Shown here: positions 54,061-64,000 of the stretch, piece by piece
Position numbering within the stretch: the stretch's first letter is position 1
Layout of the letters: every line of letters starts with the position of its first letter
Source: Haliotis cracherodii
Lineage: Eukaryota
Direction of reading: 5' to 3'
Length of the DNA stretch: 64,000 bases
NCBI RefSeq assembly: GCF_022045235.1
Contig: NW_027266308.1
Span: 69,564,001 to 69,628,000 of the forward strand
Made by a program: the position numbers and the translations under genes
The notes under the pieces: model-generated
What the model was told of the DNA's origin: nothing
The model's input: the letters and a program-made list of their open reading frames with translations, nothing else
The model's database searches: none

Positions 54061-54817
54061 ATATGCCTTTACACACATGGCGTTCTTCAGCTAAAGTAGT
54101 TAACCTGTATGGAGAAGGATTATTCATCTATTAATTTGATTCCCTGGCCCCATGGCCTGAGATGTTAGACTGGTTTAGTTAGTCGGACATTCCTACATCG
54201 ATCGTGGGGAGTTCCAGGACACAACCCGGCCTTTGTTCCATGACTTCTCTCTGCGTCAACCTGACCGAGGCCGCTCTAAGAAAGGAAGCGAATGGGCTCC
54301 ATCAATTTGGGCTTCAGAATTTTCGAACTCTGCACGTCCTTCTTTCCAAAACACCTGCAAATATTATTCTGTAATTTATTTATTTGATATCGTGTCTCGC
54401 CACTTATCGGTCCAGCAAATGTCAGGCTCGCCCTTGTGGGGTCGCTATACTACGTAGTCATACGTTAGATATAAAAGGCGTGATTAAATCACTGTCAACG
54501 TGTGATTCCATCTGCACAGACCCAATACTGAAGCAGCCGGACGTTCATCTGACGAGGTTGTAGCGCGTATGTATTGTCGAACATTCAACAACTTTGCCAT
54601 GATTCTTCAATGATTATGTGTGCGCGTGTGACAATATGGCCGCCTACACGTGTGTCCAGATCTGTTCCCATGGCGTCCTTTCGGTGACAAAAGAGTTCTG
54701 TGAATGTGGTCAGTTGCTGGTTTGTGCCCATAACAGTCCTCCCAAAGTCATCACAGTAAAATCAAAGGAAAAATTAGTCAATTTATTTTAAGCAAGTGAT
54801 GAGTAACCAAACATGTT

Positions 54818-54948
54818 ATACTACTAAACGAAAGTTAAGGACCAACCGATTCCTTTATGTAACTATAGTGACTGTCGTTGCATGATGGGCTAACTCGTTC
54901 GTATTATGAGGGACTCGGATGGTCCTTAACTTTGTTTTCAATAGTATA
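54818..54948. mobile_element. Tiny MITE-like element with inverted ends
   Basis: TACTACTAAACGAAAGTTAAGGACCA ... TGGTCCTTAACTTTGTTTTCAATAGTA. Confidence 0.5.
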
Positions 54949-57202
54949 TTATGTGGACTCATAAAAATTATGTATTTGTTTAATTCTTAGTTTGAACGAT
55001 CAAAGGAATCCACTGTCAAGCTGTTGCATCTCCCAGCCAGACCCCTTTCCCCGACCCCCTTCCCTGACCCCTGCGTTTGACCAGCTGTGCCCGGTGATGA
55101 TCGAGCGCCGCATATGACCCCTGTCCGCTGGCAGCCGTGAGATATGACCGACGGTCATTCCTGCCTGTCTCATAATGTTCAATGTTACTCGCCACCACTC
55201 GGTCAGTTAGGTCACGCTGACCCAAGCATCAGAGCGGAGCTATCTCTATTAGCACCCTTGTGATCGTCTCATTCTAACTGGACAATTATTTGGCGGGTTA
55301 GTATCTCTTGGTGTTACGCAATCCTCATCTTAGAGTTAGCCGGACACAGAGATGGCCATTGGATTACCACAGTGAGAGAGTGAGAGAGCTATTAATAGCG
55401 ACTGGCCAGTGCTACGTCACGGCAGCTCTTTATGCAGCCATTGTGCAAGCGGGTCACTCCGAGTTCACGCATTCGCAAACACTGTATAAGCATTGGTCAC
55501 TGACAGCGCGTCAGTTTGGCTGACCAGTGTTGGAGTGGAGAGATCCGGGACAGCGTCCGTCTGCCGCTACAGCTTGGATACTGTTAGATTGTGTTCTACC
55601 TGGATAGCTACCCCTTTCCCCTTGCACCCGGATACCTCGGCACCGCATTCATTGATAGTAAGTATTAGAACGGCAGCATGGGTCAGCGTGACATGGCACT
55701 GGACACGACTGTACTTGACCAATGTGGAATTCGGTCCCCAGTGGTCAGTATCCAGACAGTGCGAGCTTTGGTAGTGGGAATCACTGTGTGGTAAGCGGGG
55801 TCGTGGACGCAGCCCCGGAACTGTACGTGCCACACCTGCCTGATCCAACACCACCCTCAGAGCAGTTCTGGAAGGTAACATGTGAATGCGTGTCTCTTTT
55901 GGAGCTTACCGTTTACCAGGCAAGGCCGCACTGGAGCCTATATGGAGCCGATATGGAGCCGTAATGCATCATCGATCAACACAGTAACGTGGACGTGCGA
56001 TTCAAATGCAGAAATAGTCATGGGACTTATGTTTTGCTGGACATTCATGTGTTTCGCTAGATGTTCGTGTGTTTCCTAGACATTCATGTGTTTCCCAGCG
56101 GCCACATATTATGCAATATATTCTTCCGCCTGTTACATAATCCCGGAATCTATGTTGATGTTTCTGTTCTTATTTAAACATATATATCTAGAGTCTCTAT
56201 GCTCTTTACAAAGTTACTTTACTGTGTCATTTATAAACCACAATTGTTATGTATTTCGTATATTTATTCGTGGTTTATAACACCCGCCTGTAATCGTCCC
56301 GATCTGTTTAAGTACACTATTAATTTTTTAAATGATTTAAGGTATGACTAGAAGGATGCGTTAATTGAGATTCTCTAAGACATTCAGAACTGATCTACTG
56401 AGTAATGGGTAACCAAGCTGATCCTCACAGCCCTGTCTTGTTGACCTAGCTCCCAACTATGGAGTCTTGCATAGAACCGTTATGTTGCCTCCTTGCGCCC
56501 CCCCCCCCCCCCCCCCCCCCCCTTCCCTTGACGGACAATCGCAACCCTCAACACCATGTATATTATAGTTTGTTTATTCAATTTCTTAATTTATCATTTT
56601 GGTGAAACTTTCCGCAACTCTTACCGACAGTCTTTAGTCGGGAGGTAAGATAGCAGAACAATATACCACGTCTCAACAAAGAAAGGTTTGTTATAAATTA
56701 TGAGAATAATTTTGGAAATTAAAATTTCGAGGCTACCAATATATTTCTTCATTGCTGGCCTGTGTTCTAGGTTTATCTTTAAGTGGCATTAAGCTGTATT
56801 ATTAATCAAGAGAGTTAACATGGATACACTTTTTGAAGTTCATGTTGATCACACCGACTGAAGCCCCCAGCTCAGCTAATTCTTCTTTAATGTAATGACC
56901 AGACTTGACCGCTCTTCAGCCAATGACTAGAAACCCATCCTGACCACCAGTATGTGACACGCACCGAAATGTCGCATTGAAAGAATTTAGGAGTGGAAAC
57001 ATGTTACTGTTTTCGAGGTAGTTAAATGATAAGAACATATAGAACTCAAATTAAGTTAGAGAGCACCCGATTCTTTCATATGACTATGGTTAATTTGCCT
57101 TGGTATGAATGATTATGCATGTGTATGCGAGGATTTGATGGTGTTAACGCTTTATGTGATGATGTTAACGCTTTGTTTATTTATTATTTCAGTACATGAG
57201 CC

Positions 57203-57985
57203 ATGGCCGACACAGCCCTCGACCTGAGCAAACCGTCCCTGCCTCCACCCACAGAGCGCGTGGCCCCCCTTCCCCCCTCCCTGCCGTCCCTGCCCCCCGA
57301 CATCAGCAGCGACTCCGGCCGGGCGTCTACGTCTTCCACCAGCTCCAATGACGAGCTACGCCAACATCTTCCCGACCCCGAGCCCAAGGGCCGGGAAAGT
57401 CCCGTTGATGTGAAACCCCCGCTGATGCCACCGTCTCCGTCGGTGGACAGCGCCAGTATGTCTGAGGACGACGACCTTGACAAGTCAGACAGAGTTGCTC
57501 CAATCCGGCCATTCAAGATGTACCCGATGGACGCCTACTCCATGTCGGGTAGCCCCATGGCTGGCATGTCGGGGATGGGAGGCCTCAGCCCAACTACCGC
57601 CGCCGCTGCCGCCGCCGGTCTCAGCCCCTCCCTCGGTGTGCCGTCCATGATGGACCCGTCATCTGTGTCGCCCTTTGCTATGACGCCGATGACGTCACAC
57701 TTGCTACAACGGAAACGAAGGGCAGAGAACCGCATACAGATTCTGGAAGATGCAAAGAAAACAATACCGGTACCGGAAGAGCGGAAGGATGATGCATACT
57801 GGGAGCGGCGGCGGAAGAACAACGAGGCTGCCAAGCGGTCACGTGATGCACGGCGGATGAAGGAGGAAGAAATTGCAATGAGAGCTGCCTACCTCGAACA
57901 GGAAAATCTCAAACTCAGGGCACAGGTTGCCATCTTAAAGAACGAGACAGCCAAACTGCACTATATGTTATACAACAGAATGTGA
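57203..57985 (+). CDS. ces-2: PAR-subfamily bZIP transcription factor (ces-2 / giant / CG7786-like)
   Basis: 260-aa ORF, strong Kozak GCCATGG, acceptor TTTCAG at 57187-57192 and in-frame stop just upstream; RPFKMYP motif; basic region [24 protein letters not shown] followed by zipper [29 protein letters not shown] family is certain; the ces-2-like subtype is likely. Confidence 0.93.
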   Translation: MADTALDLSKPSLPPPTERVAPLPPSLPSLPPDISSDSGRASTSSTSSNDELRQHLPDPEPKGRESPVDVKPPLMPPSPSVDSASMSEDDDLDKSDRVAPIRPFKMYPMDAYSMSGSPMAGMSGMGGLSPTTAAAAAAGLSPSLGVPSMMDPSSVSPFAMTPMTSHLLQRKRRAENRIQILEDAKKTIPVPEERKDDAYWERRRKNNEAAKRSRDARRMKEEEIAMRAAYLEQENLKLRAQVAILKNETAKLHYMLYNRM

Positions 57986-58737
57986 TGCGGGAAACTAAGG
58001 ACTTCCGCTATCTCAGGGATACAAACTGTCACGCCCCGCGCCAAGCACGATAGTGATGCCCATGGGCCACGCCCGGCACGTGAAAGAGACACGCAAAGGC
58101 AGGGGGCGGAGACACCACCGAGTGAGTGAGTGAGTGAACGCGTCCAGCGCGGATGTGTGCCGGTGACTAGAACACGAATCTCAAGTCACGTGACACAGTG
58201 CACGTGCATATGTGTGTATATTTTTGTACAGACTCATGTTTCTAGATCAGCGACTCAGGTTGTGGCGGTGGAGAGGCCGCCGTGCCGGCTGCTGTGACTA
58301 AACACTACTACCTCATGGATAAGCTTGAAGCCCCTCTCTCGAGGCATTATGTTATGTTTCGTATTCTTTCTAGCTAGGTACAAACTGTTTTTACTTGGAA
58401 AATGTGATGAAGATTATATTTACATGAGTGTAAGTGCTATCATTAGATGATACTGTCGACGATGACGTCCCAGAGCGGACGTAGACATGGTTGTCGCAGG
58501 AGCGAGTTCTATCTATACAGCGTGTAAGTGCTATCATAGGCCCGGCAGACATAGTAGCTAGACTAGAAGCCCAGATGTTTCTCTCTTATATATCATTATT
58601 ACTATTATTATTGCTATTATTATTATTTGGATTATATATTGTCGCTGCTTCTCCCTCCATCAGCCTGTGCATTACTTGGTGCAGCTGCACTGTGAGCTGA
58701 CCAAGGCAGAGTATTTTGTCATCTACACATTTGTATG

Positions 58738-58743
58738 AATAAA
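58738..58743 (+). other. Probable polyadenylation signal of the bZIP gene
   Basis: AATAAA ~750 bp after the stop, followed by U-rich sequence. Confidence 0.5.
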
Positions 58744-59115
58744 CAATACAGAAAGACCCACCTCTCCCCTTGTGTTTACCTACAGTCCGGAGATAAACAT
58801 TTTCTTTTCAGATTTGCGGGTTTTTTTTCTTATTCGATACCCGGGCATATTTTGCTGAACCGGATATTTCCAATGTTAAAATTTCAATACCACTGCGTAT
58901 CTGAACACACAATGGACGATACTGTAAAATAACAGTGCTTTTTAGTCAATCGGATTCGGTACTCACATTAGTTGTAAGTCTGGGTTTATGCCATGCGCAC
59001 CCAAGAGACAGTGGCTGCGTTAACAGGTGTACATGCAGCTGTAGAGCGATCTTACTCTGTGACCACGGGTACAGCAGAAGTGACTGCCAGGGAGACGCAC
59101 GCACACACGCATCCA

Positions 59116-59148
<33 letters not shown>

Positions 59149-59416
59149 AGCGTTAAGAACGTTTGGCGCAAGTGGACCTTCACTGGAGTGGCTGAAGGAC
59201 CGACCATTGGAACTTTGGGTGGTGGGTGCTGGGATATTTTGGAACTTTGGGTGATAGGATATTTATTTCAGCCACAGCTACAAAACCAGACATGTTTTAT
59301 TTAAAGCTTGATTTATTTAAAAAAATAAACACAATGTACTTTTTGTGTCAGGAAATTTCTTTTTTTTTCAACAGTACGAAGCATAATTATTTATTGCAAG
59401 AATATAATCCCAGCCT

Positions 59417-59572
59417 ACCTCCACCCCCGACCCCCGAATATCAAATGGTCGGTCCCTAACGTCACATCTCCACCCCCAACCCCCGAATATCAAATGGTCG
59501 GTCCCTAACGTCACATCTCCACCCCCGACCCCCGAATATCAAATGGTCGGTCCCTAACGTCACATCTCCACA
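59417..59572. repeat. 52-bp tandem repeat x3
   Basis: CTCCACCCCCGACCCCCGAATATCAAATGGTCGGTCCCTAACGTCACAT. Confidence 0.85.
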
Positions 59573-62500
59573 CCCTGGGTCGTGCTTCCTGACCGCAACA
59601 GTAAGGATACTTTTACCATTCTCTTCAGCTAAAGACTTTATCTCCTACAAGTATCGTTCTTCCCAAACTCAGTAATTTAAACTAAGAGTAAGACCCACAT
59701 GTCCCATGGCGGATCTACATGTGTCGTCTGCCACAACTAACTTCAAAGGCTGGTTTTAAGTCAATGGTTGGCTGCGGTGGTACCCTCGATACTGCCCTGA
59801 GTCTAACTTCCACAGGTACGCGTTGAACTTATCGGTTAATTCACTTATTTATTATGGAAGAGAATTTATAGATGTCAACTTCTTTATTATGAGGAACACA
59901 ACGTTTTGGAGTATATGTTTACTCCTTCATCGAGTGAAGGAACAATGAGTGTAAATGAGAAACGTTAGCAATTATCAACTGAAATAATGATTCATAGTTC
60001 CATGACTGTAAGTGTGAACGTCGGGGTTGCCAGCGTCGCCAGGCAATAGGTTGCCATGCACTGATTCGGCACTGTCTGTGACAAACATCGCCGTGGGGGT
60101 AATGACCGCTCAGTGTTCCATGTGCATCTTAATTGTTAGATCACCACACGTGTTGGGTGTAAACAAACGCGCTTATTATGAAATCAGAGCAGCCCGGCCT
60201 AACGGAAGCCTTCCAGGGCGGTTTATAGATCGTTTTGCGTAAATATTAATATATCCCACTGCCACTGTGACAGTGAAGAGTATGACAACATATCTTAACA
60301 CATCGGGATCCGTAAACAAAGGATAAATGCGCACCAGGAAATAGTTTTTCACATTTTAGGATATTTCATCAAGAGCGTAAACGATTTCATGACATATGTA
60401 CATCTCTATGTGGCTACGAGGCTCCTGACCGCAAGGACCCCAGTGTTGGGGCGTGAGTGTGACGTCATCCAAGTGTCCTGTGATATGTGAAGACAAGCAT
60501 AAGTGCGACGTCACAACAGTCTGCCTTGTGCGATATAATGAGACGCGTGTGACGTCATTTACAGATTGTCCTAAGATAGATGCAGATACCAAAGTCTATA
60601 TTTCTCATATTCAATCCTTTACTTCATCCTGTCTTTGAAGTATTTTCACAATACATCTTCAACACCAAGAATCAACACGATAAACACGAGCACACTAATT
60701 CACGTAAACAAGACTGAGTTATATGAAAGTTCACATGCGCCATGCCAGGCGTGTTGAAGAATGTCTGACCTCACTGTGACCACGCAAGGTCCAAACATCC
60801 TCCACATTTAAACCGCCCGCGAGCAGCAAGACAGGAGATACTCCACTGGCAACAGGCGTGACGTCACTGTGTATGTTGCACCCCTGTAGCTCACCTGGCC
60901 ACGTCTGTTTGTGCTATCCCTGAAGCTCACCTTAAACGTGTGTTTGTTTCATGGCTATAGACTTCACACGTTTCTCCGTATATACCAAATAGGAGAACCT
61001 ACACCAATAGGGGACCTACGCCAATAGGGGACCTACACCGATAGGGAACCTACACCGATAGGGGACCTACACCGCATTATACCACCGCATGATATCGATT
61101 TCCATGCACAGAGATGACGACTACTTTTACAGTTCTGTTTATTCCAGTAAAACCTTGTTTGAAAAAAGCAATTATTCAGAAACATGTTCACAACTATTAT
61201 GGGAGCCACCCCACCTTGCACATGTTTCACGTTCTCCATCGAGAACATGGCGTGTGTGTGGAAACGGGGAACAGTCAGTGTCAAACTCATCATACTTAGA
61301 AATACAACGCAATGACAGCATTGGCACACATGTAGAACTAATGGGCCAATCCTCCTGTTGACGTCCCTAGTAACCATATGACATCACAAGCTGTAGTTTA
61401 TCACGGCAGTAGGCTGACGTCATGGAAGGTCTAACCGAAGCGGTGCAGAGTTGAGGAAATAATAAAATCAGTCCTGTCACGTCCTTGTGATTGAACACCT
61501 TTGAAACTCGATGACAAAAGACGAAATTCAGACAAAGAGATGGGTCAATGGATAAGCGTTTTAAAGTGAGTTTGATCATATTTAAGTTTCATTTGTTAAC
61601 CCACTTTTTTTGCTGAAGAGATGCAAATGGTTAGAAGAACAAGAAGAAGAAGAAGAGATATTGTACATAAATACCCACAGGGGACAGGGTACAAATGACC
61701 ACAAGTAGCTACTTTTGATATATAGAATGTAACGTGAACGTTGCTATTTTAAGGTTTAGAGAGGAGATACAAATTTTCTGTGCAGGAACATTTTGTGAAT
61801 GACAGAAGAGATTTTTTTACAGAATGTTCTGGTGGATTTAGTAGTATGGTATTGCGCCCATAGCTATGAAGGTAGGCAGTGTGATGTGGCTGCTGCATTG
61901 GACGTAGACAAAGATATAGTCTAGGCAGTAATTACTCAACACATGTCCCTCCACTAAATGTGTTTCTTCTTGTGGTTGCATAGTCTATGAAATATTTTAC
62001 TACACAATACACTTCTATAATCTAATTGTTTTTCCTGATTTGAATAGAGCTGGCTGGACTTGCTTTTTAGTATTCTACATTGGTTATGTTTTATAAAACA
62101 CATATATTCCGCAGACGTGGTGCAGTACTACAAGGGATGGTGTGCCTCTCTGAACGCTGTGTGGAATACCATGGGGAGAGAGGCTGTTGCTATGGTGGGC
62201 TTGCCTGGTCAACAGGACTGGTCAGCTGCCGAGCCAGCGAGCGGCCTTCCCTCTCCGACCAGGCCTGTACAACACCACACAAGTCATAGTTAGGTCATCG
62301 AGCGGTCAGCGCGTGAATAAAACACACACCTTGTTCTGCAACCCGAGACGCTGACCGGTCACGTGGTCTGGGCTATTCCGACGGATAAAAGAAGTGGAGT
62401 TTAAGATGAGGTCATTGAAACGGCAACATGTGTGTAACTGACCCGTCTCGCATGTACACGTGATGCTTGCGGCAACAGTTCCCCAATCACCCCCCCCCCC

Positions 62501-62713
62501 CCACCCCCCCCACCCCCCCAGTCTTATCTTCCTCCCTCCCATCCCCTCCCCGTTCCACTCTCTCTCCCCCGACCGTCCCTCACCCCCAATATGATAAACA
62601 TGCCCCTAGTTCACATGTCAGATGAACATCTCAGGTCAGTCTTACACCCGTCCCGGTGCAGGCTTACCAATGAAAACTAACAGACTGCAACAAAAAATGG
62701 TCTACGTCTTCAT

Positions 62714-62879
62714 TACACACGGAATCGGCAACATGCAACAACGAGAACGTAACCAAAAACTGAGAAACAGCCTCATAAATCTGAGAGCACGCTGCCAAAC
62801 ACATGGAAACGGCAACACTAAAACACACGGACAGGTGTTGGTTTCTTTCGCATCGTTTATGTTGCCGATTCCTTGTGTA
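62714..62879. mobile_element. MITE-like element with ~21-bp TIRs and TA ends
   Basis: TACACACGGAATCGGCAACAT ... ATGTTGCCGATTCCTTGTGTA. Confidence 0.55.
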
Positions 62880-64000
62880 TTGTAGACATATGACAGATTT
62901 TTTGGTGTATTATCAGTTTTCATTGAAGGCCACAGTGGAGACTGCCGAACTGTTATCCTTGGCCAGGGCAGTCTGTCAGACACCACCCCACATACAGAAG
63001 CCATAACCTGGTGTCAGTTGCCAGTATATGAAGGTTTCACTGGAGGTACAGTGGTGCAGATGCCCCGACTCGGACTAAAACCCAGTTCTGTTGTCTGCTG
63101 TGCGGACACGTTTACCACTGGTCTACAGTTTAACCACGTGGTATAACATGCACAGATGTAACATCGGAGGTGCCGAGTAACGTCGACAAAACATGCTTAG
63201 ATATAACGTTGTGTTGTAAGCCTGACTTCTTATGTATCTGGTTTTTTAGTTTATAGAAAATTGTTACTGTTTTTACTTGGAACGTTTGCGCAATAAAATC
63301 GTGTATCTTGTATAAAATCTGAAGTGTTGATTAAAGCGAATAAAATAAAATGCTAAGATATACCCTCTGAATTGTGTCATAACGAATGACCAGAATATTG
63401 AGTTTTAATCTTAAAGTGTTGAGTAGTTGTTTTAAAATGCATGAAATTGGATAAAACCAACTTATGTTTCCGTGTTTAACATGAACTGAGTTCACGCGAA
63501 GTCTCGCGTTGGACGTGACTCGTCATCGCAGTTGACCCGAGTATACCCACCGCGTTATCGACAGTAAGTAAAAGTGGACGAGGCCACGCAACCATTGCCC
63601 AATTGACCGGTTCACGACCTGGGAGGCCTGCCAACTGCGGCCATGTTATCCAAACTTACACAAGTTCTCGAAAAGTCGGCTAATGCAGACTTTGTGATGC
63701 CTTGCGTAACTGTCCCTCTTTCTGACTGGGCGGGGACGGCCCGACGTCAATCGAACCTTGCGTAACGTCTGACCGCTACAGTAGACACGTTGCGTTGAAC
63801 GCTGAACATAATTGCATGAGTCTTGTGCAACCCAAATAAGCAGGCCGCTTATACAAGTGATTAGTGGACCTGTAGGGTCGTGAACTCGACAAGCACCTGT
63901 TTGGCCACCAGTCGTGACGTCACAGGCACAAAGAGAACGAGGACTTTTAGAACCATGAATCCGTAAGACTAAGATTTAAATTCTCTTAACAGCACTTAAA

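Overview
Eukaryotic genomic DNA with GT-AG introns. The SINE tails and very dense minisatellites look like a mollusc, possibly an abalone-like gastropod (inference). Four protein-coding genes can be reconstructed with splice sites and frame checked by hand. Three are on the minus strand: a type-I acyl-CoA thioesterase/BAAT-family gene (exons 286-12995, running off the left edge), a C19orf47 (SAM-like domain) orthologue (20494-29146) and MAD2L1BP/p31comet (32039-33360). One is on the plus strand: a ces-2/giant-like PAR-family bZIP transcription factor (57203-57985). Between them lie a frameshifted pogo/Tigger DDE_1 transposase with a C-terminal PHD finger, mariner and Tc1 fragments, a 5'-truncated RT+RNase H LINE, several SINEs and MITEs, and more than 20 mutually unrelated minisatellites. 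Almost all long ORFs in the ORF track are artefacts of these repeats. Two themes stand out. (1) Several minisatellites are copies of the gene's own exon boundaries (splice acceptors, the p31comet C-terminus plus stop), creating trains of decoy splice sites. (2) The PAR-bZIP gene is surrounded by a ~44-copy CACGTG E-box minisatellite, D-box-type sites, a cluster of perfect CRE palindromes and an overlapping upstream ORF.
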